55,298 nucleotides of DNA, filler included, from Sluysia triapertura (GCA_046118255.1; 4 parts of 4 records of this genome joined end to end with filler, not necessarily neighbours in it); one strand, 5' to 3'; positions 40,523-54,162 are shown, counted from the first letter of the whole stretch. Numbers and translations: made by a program. Notes: generated by a model not told the origin, from the letters alone.

Positions 40523-40933
40523 ACTAGGTATATTATCTTGATTACATATTCCCTCTTGCAGTAAACGATCACGTATTTCCCAAGAAAATATTGATGGACA
40601 TTCACGTTTATAAGAAGCTATTTTTGCTACCACATTTGTTGTTGCAACTCTAGGTTTACTACCACCAATTGCTTTAGGTCTAATTGAACCAGTTTCATAG
40701 TAGCGACACAATATTTTGCTGACACAACCATTGGAAACTTGTAATATCCGTGAAATGTCACATGGACGAGCACCAGAATGAGCTAATTCGACAATTTTTT
40801 GTCTCGTTGAATCTGGTAATGGTCTACCATTTACAAACATACCACCTAATTGATTGATACCTGAATGACCACGTTTAACCTTACGTTTAGTACTTGATTT
40901 ATTATCATCATCAACTAAATCACTCATTTGCAT
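40523..40933 (-). CDS. pax6: Pax6 coding exon 1 (start and most of paired domain)
   Basis: [77 protein letters not shown]... contains the Pax6-diagnostic I42/Q44/N47. An in-frame TAA two codons upstream of ATG 40933 fixes the start. Phase-0 donor at 40522 (PS|VSS). Confidence 0.97.
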
Positions 40934-41010
40934 TTTTTATTTTCTTAATCTAAAAAAAAACGAAAATTATAATTTAATTATTATAATTATTAATTAATCG
41001 TAAAACTTAC

Positions 41011-41244
41011 TTTGGTTTTCAAGTCCACTAAACTTATAAGCTTTGCGTTTTGTTATTAAAATTCCTTTAATAGTTACCGTTAAATTTTTTTTGTTATTAT
41101 AATTATTAATAAATCGTCAACTGGCCCAGAATGTTTAATTGCTGATTGATCCAGTTAATTATTGCACCGTTTGTAATTGTTATTTTTGTAATCACTCAAA
41201 ATCGTATCTTAATATGCTTCTGCTGCTGATGATTTTCACTTGAT
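41011..41244 (-). other. pax6: Probable Pax6 5'-UTR exon, followed by a 61-bp intron (40950-41010)
   Basis: Consensus AAA|GTAAGT donor at 41010 and T-tract-TAG acceptor at 40950-40951; upstream boundary suggested by a pyrimidine tract + TAG at 41245-41246. Confidence 0.55.
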
Positions 41245-44200
41245 CTAGTAGAGCGAAAAAAAGGCAAAAACTAAAAAGCTAAATAAAGTAGAAAAAAGAA
41301 ATAATAGTAAATAGTAGTAGAAGTGGGCAAAATAAAGAAATGAAATCAAAGCACCAAAAAAGAGATAATTTTTTCTGCTTAAATGTGCGCGAATTAGTAT
41401 GAAGTGAAATATGAAGTAAAAAAAGAGAAGCAAAAAAAACAAGGTAGACTAGATATATCAAAGTTAATACTTTATTAATTTCTAAGATCCACTAAATCAG
41501 CGTATATAATTTTTTGTTGTCTTTTTCTTTAACTCACAAAAAACAGTTGGTACCCAATTAAAAATAGTTACTTGCTTGGTTGGTTGCTTGTTTCAGAAAA
41601 TTTGTAGGTGCGTTAAAGATAAAATAATAATAATAAAATTGAAGAGTAATAGAAAATGAATTGTGTTTCTTTAGTATTTAAAATATTGACGATGACAATA
41701 ATAATATTAATAATAATATCAATTTCTGCACTAGATTATGTAGTATTTCCCTTTATTAATTAAAATTTGCTTCTTCTTTTTTCTAATACTATATTTTGCA
41801 ATTAATCTTCAACAGCAAATCTAGCGTTTAATAAATCGTTTTATAAGCCAATTCAAGTATCTATTTGAATCTTATTGCCATAGTGAGGCTTCATTAGTTG
41901 ATTGGATACGGCCCAGAAAAATAAACTCACATAAACTATTGGACAATTGATCCGTAATAATTCGCAAGCAAGAAAATTAATATAAGAAAATGTGTTATTT
42001 ATGATGGTATGTATAAATATGAGTATGTATGTATTTGTTTTTTGCTTACTTAATTTCATAAAATTTGTTCTATTATTTTCTTATCTGTTTTTTTCATAAA
42101 TATATAAAAGTAATATAAAAAGTTCAAAATATAATAAAACTAAATAAATAAAATAAGCACAGGTGTTAGACTATGACAAATAATGAAACCTAATAATAAA
42201 AAATTAGAGTTTAGAACATATAGAAAAACCATAAAACAACTTCAATCATTCAACCATATAGTAAATAAAAAATTTTTTCGACCAAATCTAATAAATCTCA
42301 GAAATAAAAATAAATAATAATTTACATTTTTTTGATTTTATAAAAGAAAAAAAATGAATCTATTTTATTCTGAAGATCAAAGTTAAAACATAATTTGAAT
42401 TGTTTTGTATATTTTAACTTTCTTAAATTCAATTTTTTTTGTTTATATAATATTGTATAATTTATTCAAATTGATTAATTTAATATAAATCTTTTATAAA
42501 CATTAAAGTATTTAGTATTTATTTAAATATTAAATAAATATTTCAGCTTTTTAAAATACAAATTAGATTTATTAATTAATTATCTATATAAATATAATCC
42601 AAAAATTCGAATGAACTGTACAACGAATAAAAATTGAGGTGAGAATTACTTAATTAATAGGTTAGTGGGATATTAGCTGCAATGTCTCATGGCAACTAAA
42701 CCATTTCGGTAATATAATGATGGTGGTATAATAAAAAACAGTAATTGTCATTAACATTTCATATTATTAATGTAGTTCGAGTTTGATAGAATATATATTT
42801 CATTTAAATCAAAACGTAACGATTTTTATTTTATATACGAATATATTTAATAATTAATTAAGATGAATGTCAAAAGTTGATAACGACTATTTTTTTAATA
42901 TTAGATGTGATGAAATAAATGTTTATTGGTATTGTTAAATTGAATCCATTATTGACTGTCGTAGGTGTAGTAATTAAATGGGATAATAGTAGCTTGATAT
43001 TGGGTAGTAGTGATTTATTGGACGCAGAATAAGTGAAAAGAGTAGAGTGAGAAAAAAGAAAAATTGTATGATTAAATAGTAAAGAAAAGGGGTTTTAGTT
43101 TGTACCTAACACTGACCATTATTCCAAATGTGTACAATAATGGGAAAATAATTAATATTTCGATGATGGTGGTTTATATTGTTTAGATTTCTTTTTAGTG
43201 TATTCTTTAGCGTACACTTTATATATTTGTAACTGGATGGTTACCATGATTATAACAAAATTTCAGTGGTCATAATTTCCACCTCTCTGTCAATATTAAT
43301 GTAACAAATCAGCATAAGGGTACATATTTTGTGAATATTTTTTCTAATTAGTTTAATATGAAAATAAAAAAAATATATTTTTATTATTTATAAACTGTGT
43401 ATTAAAGAAAAATATAATTAAAATAAATATATACACAATCTAATGAATAATAATCAGTACCAACCGTGTCATCTACATCTTAATAATGAAGATTATAGGT
43501 TGGTTACTGTTTTAGATGACAATTAAACTATGGGATTAATATAGTTTTTTTTGTTACTAAATTACTTCGAAGTAAGAGTACGTACTCATTATTTTAAGAA
43601 GACAACGTAACAAAGATCAAACATTGTTTCACAATTCGATAAAAAGTTTGTGTGTTGTTGCGAGGCTACTAAGGTGTTATAAAGATACTTTACTAGAAAA
43701 ATTGGTGAGAGTTTGTTTTTATTAATTTTACAACTCTCGTTGAAAAAAAATTAAGATATTAAGTGATTTCAATTAACTAATATAAGTAGGGTTTAATTTT
43801 GAATTGTTTATGTGGTAGCTGAAGTAAATGGATACATTTTTAATTATTTAAATGATAACTTAATATCCTAAAATATGTCATTTATTTTTTTTAATTACAC
43901 TTTTTCATGTTAAATAACACTCAAAGGAATTAAGGATTGATTTTTTGGGTTCCTCTTTTTTTGGTACTAATAAAAAATGAAAAATTTTAGAGCAATTTTA
44001 TTTTTCTATTTTTATTATTACAATTCACACAGTTGTAAAGTTATTTAGCTCAAATTTGAGATCGGTAATTTGTGGTAAATCATGACAAACCAAGATGAAT
44101 ATTTCATTGAGACTTAATAATAATCTCTATAGAATCCACAGTGATAACAAGCTAGGTGATAGGTTGTATACTGTTTGTGTTTCAAATATATACAGAGAAT

Positions 44201-44333
44201 GTCAAATTACTGGAAGAATATGAAATATTTAAGAAAAAGGCAAAGTTCTTCCTGTTTCAGAAATATTATGGTGAATGATTTACCTTAAGGGCTTTTGAGT
44301 ACTTACTTTGTAGTAGATATAAGCGCAATGTAA

Positions 44334-44334
<1 letters not shown>

Positions 44335-44403
<69 letters not shown>
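44335..44403. repeat. (TTA)n microsatellite running into an assembly gap
   Basis: Directly visible. Confidence 0.97.
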
Positions 44404-47400
44404 NNNNNNNNNNNNNNNNNNNNNNNNNNNNNNNNNNNNNNNNNNNNTTAATTAATTAANNNNNNNNNNNNNNNNNNNNNNNNNNNNNNNNNNNNNNNNN
44501 NNNACCCCTGGCTTTTTAATTTGTTTTTAAAGAGTAATTTACGTGGTTATAGAGAGTAATTTAAAATTTTTATATAAAGAATAGTTTGTATTTTGTTTTA
44601 GAGAGTATTTTATATTGTTGTTGTCATAAAGAATAATTATTATCTTTTAAATTGTAATTTTTGATTATTCAAAGAATATATCGAGATTCTGAAGTTGTTT
44701 ATTTAATGGGTTTTGATTAATAATTTGAGAAATAAAAAGTGTAAAGGACACAACTAATATAAATTACATGTTTATGAAGAAGATTACAAAGTCGATTTCT
44801 TTTCTTATCACCACATATACAATAATGATAAAATATAAATGAATTCTTTAATCGGTGACATCAAATGAATTAGAAATTTGCTTAAAATATGGAGATAAAT
44901 GTGAATACTTTCATGGAATGAATAATGGACAAATCATGAAACTATATAAAAGTATTAGATTAGTGTCTCGGCAAATTACAACTATAATGTAAACTATAAT
45001 AAAGTAAAGTTTATTTTATTTGTAGATGATGATAATGATTATATTAAAATCTTTTGAGATAGTGGAACATGGCAGGACCTAAGGAATTCATGCAGAAGTA
45101 TACGTATACATATTATAATTTTAATTTGTCGATTTAGTAATAAATGTTTGCTAGTTAAAGTCTTTTTCAAGAACAATATAATTTATAATGAAATTTTAAA
45201 TATTGAAATAATATTTAAAGACAACCTAAAGAACAAAATAAAAGAAGTTATAATCACAGTTTTATTAATAATTGAATATTTCATAAATCAAAATAAAAAT
45301 ATAACTTATCTTTTCAAATATAACTTCCCAAACAGCTTACGAATGGCGTATTTGTAAGTATGTGAACGTCACGAAAAAATTCAATAGGATACCTTACGAA
45401 CTAATCAGAAAAGATGGTGAGTTTTTTTATTGGTGAGAAGTATTTTATATTAAACGTTGATGTATTCTTTACTACACGCTTCGATAAAACGACTATGCGT
45501 TATCGTTTAATAATTTGTATTTTATCTCTTAATAAATTATATGTTACTCAAAGAAATAACAAGTAGTCTTAAGGTTTATTATAAACAAAAATAAAGTTAA
45601 CAAAAATATACAAAACAATAATAATGTTAAATCAATGTATCAATAAAAATTATTTATAAAATAATAAGAAAGTTGTTAAATTAATATATTGACATATTAT
45701 TTATAAAACAATGATAATAATAATGCTGATTCGAAAGACCTAGTCTGGGCCTAATTATTATTAATGAATTTAAAGTGATATTATCATTGGCCTTAAGGAC
45801 CAACGGAAATAAGATAAGGTTAGGTAAGATTTTATAACTCCTACGAGTTTTCAACAACTTTAAAATTTAGACTTACTACTTGACTAAAAATCAACACGAT
45901 GAATTATAATTTTCCACAAATGTGTGACTTGAATTGCAAATTGGACAATTATTTTTGATAATCCAATTGTCGTCTGTGAATCGTTGATAAATTTAGTACT
46001 GCGTCTTCAAAAAATTCGGCTTGATCAAAAATTCGTTATACGTAATTCTGTTTTCGATATTCAAGAATTTATTTTAAAAATTGTGATGTGTCTACTTTAA
46101 TTTTATCTTTTTATACTAAAAAAATCATTACCTTTTTATTAGGTGACGATCCATTAATTTTTTATTAATTATATTTTCCATCCATTAATTATTTTTACAT
46201 TTAACTAATGCATTAGTCTCAATTAAATATTTTATCTTAAAATTCATTTTTCCATTAATTCATTATTTTACTAAAATTCATTTTTTAAATATTTTTCCAT
46301 TTATTTATAATAATAATTACAGTAATAATAATAATTATTATAATAATAATTATAGTAATAGTAATTATAGTAATAATAATTACTAAAGTGGTACATAATG
46401 AACTAAATTTTTACATTAAGTACGATTATCTTAATTACATGAACTCCCACTCCTTGTCATGAGCGGACCATGATCAATTTTATTTTAAGAAAACCACAGC
46501 ACAACTTTTAATTTTAAGGTACTGCTCCTGCATATCCTCAAAGCACATCAACACAATTTAATGTATTTGGATCCGAAATTAATTTTCAATTAAGGAATAA
46601 TTTCACTTAAGTCAGATTGTCAATTCATTCGATATATCTGCTTTAAATTTACGAGCAAGAAGTCGACATTTAATTGGTGTGTTCAGTGAGTTCTCAATAA
46701 ATCGATCGCTATTTTTGCTAACTTTTATACATATGTACAACCATCTTTCAATCGAACAACTTAGCTAAGTCAGCTAAGAAACTAATATAAACATATTCAA
46801 ATATTGTCAATACATTTCGTAACTACAAAATTGAATTTAAAAGCGTTTTTTAACACTTAGGGTCTAAATTTTAGTCCTAAAACAACAGTTTAATAATTTG
46901 AAATGAAATATAATTAATAACAAAAACTAATTATAATTACGATAAATTTGTTATATTAAATATAATTAAATATAATTAGTTATAATTAAATATGCAATAA
47001 AATCATTAATATAAATAAAATGAATTTAATAATTCAGTTTAAATTGCGGATATTAAGTATTATTAAATAAAATTTGATAAAAAAATGAATTACAATTTAT
47101 ATTAGGATAAATATTTTTGGTTTTTGCTTGCGAAATGTAACATTAAACTCATTGATTATCGTTATTTCAAATGCATATTTTCTCTTGAATATATTGTGTA
47201 ATTTATAAACTTAAAGATATTTTTTTTATTTGTTTATTAAGAAAATTTTATAATAATTTACATATTGTAGTTATTTATACAAATTTAATAAATTTTCAAT
47301 ATATGATTTTAATGAAATAAAGCAGTTATAAACAACATGTCATAATTAAATAATAATTTTTTAATCCTTGATTTTTCTTTTTTTCTTTTTTACAATTTTC

Positions 47401-47526
47401 GTTGAACTAATAGTACAATTATTACTTTTATTTATTAATTAATATAAGTTTTATTAATATAAAATCTATATTATAACTTATTTTGATTAATATTTTTTTA
47501 TTTACAAAATCATTATTAAAAAAGTC

Positions 47527-47668
47527 ATGTCTGGTAAAGATGGAAATAAATTAGATCCATTTCGAGTTAAAAATGAATTAAAGTTAAAGAAACAAAAGAA
47601 ATCTCAAGGTTCTTCACATTACAAACCTAAAGCTCCAACGGAATTAACTGCATATCCTTCATTTAAAG
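47527..47668 (+). CDS. PPP2R5: PP2A regulatory subunit B56/B' (PPP2R5 family), exon 1
   Basis: MSGKDGNKLDPF...KKQKKSQGSSHYK...ELTAYPSFK resembles the B56 N-terminal SQGSS motif. Phase-1 GTAACT donor at 47669; 62-bp intron. Confidence 0.85.
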
Positions 47669-47730
47669 GTAACTTTAATTTTTGTTTCGTCAGTATTAGT
47701 CTAAATTATTTTTAATGTATTGTTTTTAAG

Positions 47731-47927
47731 ATACTCCTGCTCAGGAACATCAAGATTTATTCATTAATAAATTACAACAGTGTTGTGTTGTGTTTGATTT
47801 TATGGAACCTATTAGCGACATGAAAAGTAAAGAGATTAAACGAGCGTGCTTAAATGAAATAATTGAATATGTAGCTGTAGCGAAAGGAATTTTAAATGAT
47901 GCAACGTATCCAGAAATTGTACGCATG
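47731..47927 (+). CDS. PPP2R5: PP2A B56 exon 2
   Basis: DTPAQEHQDLFINKLQQCCVVFDFMEPISDMKSKEIKRACLNEIIEYV...YPEIVRM; AG/GTTAGT ends. Confidence 0.93.
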
Positions 47928-48923
47928 GTTAGTGTTATTTTTCGTAAATGAACTTTGATTATGCAAAGTTTTATATATAAATTTGTTGAAATATTAATTA
48001 ATTTATTTGGATTCACTTAATTTTTTTTACTTAAAAACCATTAGAAATAAATTTATATTGGCTGCAAAAACGTTATTTTCGTTTTCTAGTTATTTTGAAC
48101 TTTGTTATGAAGCTTAGTAAATTTTTGTTTAAAGAAGTTATTACACAATTTAATTTTGTTTATTATAAAACTTTTGATTTATGTAATGCGTTACTGTTTC
48201 ATTTCAAATGGTCAGTCAAACCATTATGATTGTTTAAAGTCATTGGTGCATATAAAGACTTATTATGAAATATTTAATACTTCTAAAATGTATTTGTTTC
48301 TTTAACTGAGCTTATCGGGCAGCCATTTCATTATAACCTTTACGTTCAGCATTATTATTTACATTTCAAATTATTTAAACAAAAGCTTTTATAAGATTTC
48401 ACACAAAACTAAATAAATGTTTCATTCATTTATAAGTATTAGTGCAGACACTGCATATAGTCTTTTTAATTGATAAATATATATCTTTTGTTAGGTTTAA
48501 ACGTTAGTAAAATTTATTTTATTTTTCTCGTCAGTTTATTGTATTTCATGATTTGCCAATTTCGGAGGAGTTACTGTTTCGTTTATAACAATCCCTTAGA
48601 GTAATCACATGTTAAAACATTTGTGATGCCTTTGCATTTAATTAAATGATAAATAAAGTAATATTTTAAAATAAAAACTTCGAACTTGATGGATTTCAGA
48701 ACCTGATGATTTCACGCGATTTGCAATGTTTGTAATATTCCTATTCCAAAAATGAATTAGAATAAATCGTTCATTGCAAATATACAAATTCGTAAATGTT
48801 TCGTATAGTCAAAAACACAAAATGTTGCACTACTTCTATAATATCTAATTTGGATTGTGTACTTTAGTAATAATTTCTGTTTACATAGTCTTGATTATAT
48901 TTATTTAATTATATTTATTTATA

Positions 48924-49539
48924 CAGGGTGTCCAGAAAGTAACCGAACTTTAAACTTAAATAAAAATTAGATATAAAAAACGACAAATTTAAGAGGTATA
49001 ATTAGATTTTACAAATATTCAAAGTGTAGAACACCTATAGAATAATGAAATCTATTGACAACACTGCAACATACTTTCTGACAAGTTTCATCTGAATATG
49101 TTTTAGTTGATCAATTGTCATAGGATTTTTAGCATAAACTGCGTTATTTAGAATTCCCCAAAGAAAAAATCAGGCGGTGTCAGATTCGGGGATCTGCCAG
49201 GTCATTCGATTGGTCCTCGGCGTCCAATCCAACGTCCAGGAAATATTTCATCAATTTATTGTCGAACATCTTTGGTTCAGACTGCAGATGCTCCATCTTG
49301 TTGAAATTGAAGATCACCGAAATTGGGCAGCTCATTAACACTTTTGTCTTCAGTATATCAAGGTAACGTTCACCATTAACATATCCTTCAAGTTTGGTTA
49401 TAAGATTGAACATTGTAGACTTACTCGGTTCTTTCTCATCTTTCTTCAACAATCATAGTAATTCTTAATAACGAAAATACGTTCGTTAAAATCTAATTTT
49501 TAGTTAAGTTTGCGGTTCGGTTACCTTTGGGAAATCCTG
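48924..49539 (-). mobile_element. Tc1/mariner deletion derivative (616 bp) in B56 intron 2
   Basis: TIRs CAGGGTGTCCAGAAAGTAACCGAAC / GTTCGGTTACCTTTGGGAAATCCTG with TA on both sides. Minus-strand remnants include VNGERYLDIL and RSPNLTPPDFFLWG (WPPRSPDL..DFFLWG type). Confidence 0.88.
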
Positions 49540-50666
49540 TATTTGGGACATTTTTATATTCAATATAATAATTTTTTTTAAACGGTCTGTTTATCTGTTG
49601 ATATGCATTTTATTTAAATTTAATGACCTTATGTAAGACGCGTTCATTATGATAATAAAAAAATATCAAGTGATGGCTGCGATAGCATTAAGTAATTGTA
49701 ATTGTACACATTTTCTAGGATGCAAATTTAAAATAGAAATAAAACTTAAAATAAAATTTGAAAATAATCTTAAATTAAAGATAATTGTAAGTAATTTTAT
49801 TAAAACTTTATAAAAAGAAGTATTCTAGTATTCTCAGTAGGAAAGAAATAACTCAATAAAAGCACTTAACGTTATGGAAAAGTGAAGGACAACGAAAATA
49901 GAATCATAAGAGTGCACACTGGAATTCGTTTAAGGTTTTGATTAATTATCTTTTCTCGCTCGAATGTAATTTATGAAACTGATTTATCTCGATATTTTAA
50001 ATGTTATACCAATCAGAAATTCATGAAACGGTTATTTGTTATCGGGAATACTTTTACTTTGTCTCGTGGTTACCGCAGAGGGAAGTGCGATTTAGTTTAC
50101 AATCTCTGCAATAATTTGAATTAATAATTATTTAGAATATTTACTAAGTATAACAAAATAAATAAGGCTTGTACAATAACAAATGAAGTATGTGTCTCTA
50201 TAGCTAATTTCTCTACGTACCAGTATATTATAGTACAGTGTATGGACACAATTGAAAATATATTTTCACTATATATTATTTTTCATGCTACGTTCTTTGT
50301 TTATTTACAGCTACCTTGGTGGTTAGTATTCACTTTAGTGGAAAAATATATTTTGTTGATGTTTACATTTGATCGAAAATATTTTGTGAATTCGAATTAC
50401 TTAAAAGTGTTTCTGAAGGCGCTTTTCTAGTTCTTTAAGTAGCTTTTTAAGTTGTAATATGAATATTCGTGGATATTCAGACATTGTAATACACTTTTAT
50501 TTTCAACAATATTCACAATGTTTGTATGGCTCTTACATTAATATAAAAATGAAACATGAATACTTTTGAGTAATAATTATTATTGTCTTTCTAACGCAGT
50601 ACGCAGAACCCTCACTCCTAAATAACATTAGAATAAGATGTATATTTTAACAACTTATGTTTTCAA

Positions 50667-51230
50667 CAGGATGTGCGCAAACTTTTTAAGTTGCACCCCA
50701 TTTCAACATTTATTTTTGGTGCCCCTAACTTAATAAAGAATCATAACGCCACTATAAAGAAACTTCATAAATAAAATAAACACCTTTTTAATAACAAAAT
50801 GTATTTTTCTGTTTCTTATAAATTAAATATTATGACCAACAGTTCTAATTCTTTAGCAAAAATTGATTTTAATTCTTTATATCAAAAGTGCAATATTATG
50901 TCTGTTAATATTTTTCTTCTGTGAAATATTAATATTTTTTCAACACGTCGCTGTTATTTAATATCTGCTACTTTGCGATTTTAATTAACAGCTAAAAATA
51001 GCAGAATACCATCTAGTGTACATGTATAATTGATTTATGAATTTGTAAGTATATTTGCTTTGAAATTTTGATGAATGTCTTCATCAAGAACGTAAAGTAT
51101 AGAATTAGATGATGGAATTACTTGAATTGGTAAAAACATCAAAATATATTCAAAGAAAAAACAAAACTTTGTTTGTAAAATCTAACAATTTTAAAATTTT
51201 TAGCGCCTCCTAGTTTTTACACCTTTGTTT
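50667..51230 (+). mobile_element. Non-autonomous DNA element (hAT-like ends), copy A
   Basis: About 500 bp colinear with 54163-54698. It begins CAGGATGTGCGCAAACT, the inverse of the copy B end AGTTTGCGCAGGTCCTA. Confidence 0.7.
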
Positions 51231-51297
51231 TAAACATCAAAGTAAAATTTATTTAATTTATTTGAGTTTTATCATTAATAACAATAAAATTTCCTAC

Positions 51298-51299
<2 letters not shown>

Positions 51300-51363
<64 letters not shown>
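51300..51363. repeat. (TTA)n microsatellite
   Basis: Directly visible. Confidence 0.97.
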
Positions 51364-51432
51364 CATTAACACTATTACAGATCTTAGAAATTTGTTTATT
51401 ATATTAAAATAATTTAACAATGTTTCATTTAG

Positions 51433-51534
51433 ATTGCATGTAACATATTTCGAACTCTGTCTCCATCTGATAATGTGGATTATGATCCAGAAGAAGATGA
51501 ACCCGTTTTAGAAGTGGCATGGCCACATTTACAG
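51433..51534 (+). CDS. PPP2R5: PP2A B56 exon 3
   Basis: [34 protein letters not shown] is the hallmark B56 motif; phase 0/0. Confidence 0.95.
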
Positions 51535-51864
51535 GTTTTACTTACTATAATAGTTATTTTATTATAGGTTCATTTTTAAATTATAATTTTGTTCAATATC
51601 AAAAAGAAAATGTTAATTAATGATTTTTATGTTCGTTCTGTGATGGTCTCGGTGCATTGAAATGACATGTAGAAGAGGGCAAGAAATTTTCAAAAATGTT
51701 TTCAATAACTCGCCATTGTTTTTAAGATGTCAATCATTTAACAATATTGAATTTTGTTTGCACACTTGTATTTCAATTGTTATTATATTTCTAATGTTTG
51801 TGCAAGGATTTAGGTCATGCCTTACAGGTACTCTGTATATTACTATTGAACGCATAATTATATA

Positions 51865-52553
51865 CACGGTGTTCCAAAATCTAATAAGTATATTTAGTAT
51901 TTACAAGTGCTTAAAATGTGCACCAGAAACTTCAATACAAGCACATCTTTTAACAACACTGCGACATACTTCTGGCGATTATGTCGCATTATCCTCATTT
52001 AGGGTATGAAGAAGATGAGGTTTGTACGGTTTTTGACCAATGCCATGCAAGATACGGTGGAGTTTGCGAAATGTTAATCTCTTTCGATGCCTTGAGGATA
52101 GATTTTTTAGAATGAGCAAATGCAGCCACTATGTCCTTCTTTTCAGGTGAATGAACTGTTTTCGGATGACCTTCCAGTTACTTCAAATTTGGATACAAGA
52201 TTGAACATTGTCGACTTACTTGGTACAGGTGTTCTGTAGTTTGCTTCCTTGTAGCTAGTTCTTGCATAGTAATTCTTAATAACGAAGATACGTTACTTTA
52301 AATCTAAAGTCCTTCGTTACATTTTTAAGAATGATGGTACAGAATCACACGCTGAACAAAAATCAAGCAATGACGTCAGAACAAAATCAATAAGATCACG
52401 CAACAAAAGTCATTCAAAATATTACTATTCGCAGAATGAAATGAATAGTAGCGAAGATAACACAAAATGACATAAAAGAAGAAATTACATTTGTCGTTTT
52501 TGATATCTAATTTTTATTTAAGTTTGCCATTCGGTTACTTTTGGGACACCCTG
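51865..52553 (-). mobile_element. Tc1/mariner deletion derivative, same family as 48924-49539, in B56 intron 3
   Basis: Right end TTCGGTTACTTTTGGGACACCCTG+TA; degenerate left end TA+CACGGTGTTCCAAAA. Shares ttgaacattgt.gacttact and catagtaattcttaataacgaa with the first copy; peptide remnant KPYKPHLLHTLNED. Confidence 0.8.
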
Positions 52554-52956
52554 TATCATACACGACTAAAAATCCTTGCGTGCAAGAAATTACTGATAAT
52601 TAACTGATGGCTCTTTTATATTTTAAAGAATGAAAACTAAATAAAAGAGTTCGCATGTGATCCAAGTTTTATAACTGAACGTAGGCTTGTTCATAAGATT
52701 TAAAAGTTATTAGGGGTCATCTATAATTTATTTTTTCTGCTAATCAAGAAATAAATATTACTTAAGAATTTTTATACAATGATATAGTAATTTTAAAATT
52801 CTTTAATTCTACATTTTATGCCTCTGTTTAAAATGTGGTTTGAAAAAGGATATTAATAAATAATGAAATTAATATTTTGAACAAATGATATACATCGTCT
52901 TTAAATAAATCTCTAATTTTTATAATACTTAAATGCACATGATATTATATATTATA

Positions 52957-53703
52957 CTAACCCTGTTCAAAAATGATCGTCTTATTTGACATTTGTTGCT
53001 AACTTAACAATATGAACAATAGAATCATAAAATAGTTATAGGGGAGTAATTGTTCAGTTTATAATAATTTTATAAATAACAAGCAATTTCTGAAATTTGT
53101 GTACTAAAACAACCTGCTGTTATTTTCTTTTCAATCATGGAAATCAAACGTTCTGAAGTAAAGTACAGAAATTTAAGTGACGAGGAGAGAAAAGCCATCC
53201 TGCAAACACTTATGGTACAAAAAGAACAATTAATGTTGCTGGAGAATTTAAAAGTCCCGAAAACAATTTCATGAGAACCGGCCACTGTACACTCCAGGAC
53301 ATGAAATTTGCAAATGTCAGTTCCAGAATTAAAGTAAATTATGGTCGCAAGAAGTTCTGTCGACAAGAACTTCAAAACAAAATTTTATATCTATCAACGT
53401 GCTTGGTAAAAGCAGAAAATATTTTCTTGACTCTTCAAAAAGTGCTCGAAAGTTCAATGTTAGCTGGAGAAGGCAATAATTATCTACTAGCACATATTGA
53501 GAAGAAAGGATAATCTTCCAGAAACATTAACATGGAATTTGGAAGCAATTGAAACTGCTCGCAATGTATTACGAGATATAGTGTAATAATATAATTTGTA
53601 ATAAATTATTTTCATAAAAAAAATAGTTGTTTAAAGCGAAATTAATGTTAATATATATTGCATATATAAAACTAACGAGGCAATCATTTTTGAACGGAGG
53701 TAG
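52957..53703 (+). mobile_element. DD39D-type (plant-mariner/Stowaway-like) element, internally deleted
   Basis: TIRs CTAACCCTGTTCAAAAATGAT / ATCATTTTTGAACGGAGGTAG flanked by TA. Peptides RNLSDEERKAILQTL, ANVSSRIKVNYGRK and IFLTLQKVLESSMLAGEGNNY..H resemble N- and C-terminal parts of DD39D transposases. Confidence 0.72.
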
Positions 53704-53807
53704 TATTAGGTGCCGGTCTTAATATTTGAATTTATGTAAATTTCTGGTGATTTGCGCACATTAATTTCATTTTCGAATTTGTATTATTACATTATTAAAT
53801 TATTCAG

Positions 53808-53900
53808 TTTGTTTATGAATTCTTTCTTCGAATTTTGGAATCATCAGATTTCCAACCCAGTGCAGCCAAGAAGTACATAGATCAAAAGTTTGTTTTACAG
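53808..53900 (+). CDS. PPP2R5: PP2A B56 exon 4 (gene continues beyond the window)
   Basis: [31 protein letters not shown]; CAG/GT ends, phase 0/0. Confidence 0.94.
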
Positions 53901-54162
53901 GTTTGTTTTGAATTAGTTTAACTGATTAGTTATTAGAAAATTTCAATTCAGTTATTGTGATTCGCTTACTATACTTCATACTTCGCTTACTATACTATAC
54001 TTCGCTTACTATACTTCATACAAGTTAAAAATTGATAATAACATTAAACGCCATTTTTCTCTAAAGAAAATTCGATTTAGTAACATGTCCGAATTAGTTT
54101 CATTCGACATTCTTTCAATGATTTATGGAATATTTAAAATTTACTAGAAAATAAACAATAAT

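Noticed and set aside
41245-41461. Phe/Leu-rich membrane-like ORFs upstream of Pax6
   Set aside because: By-product of a T-rich tract; no family features.
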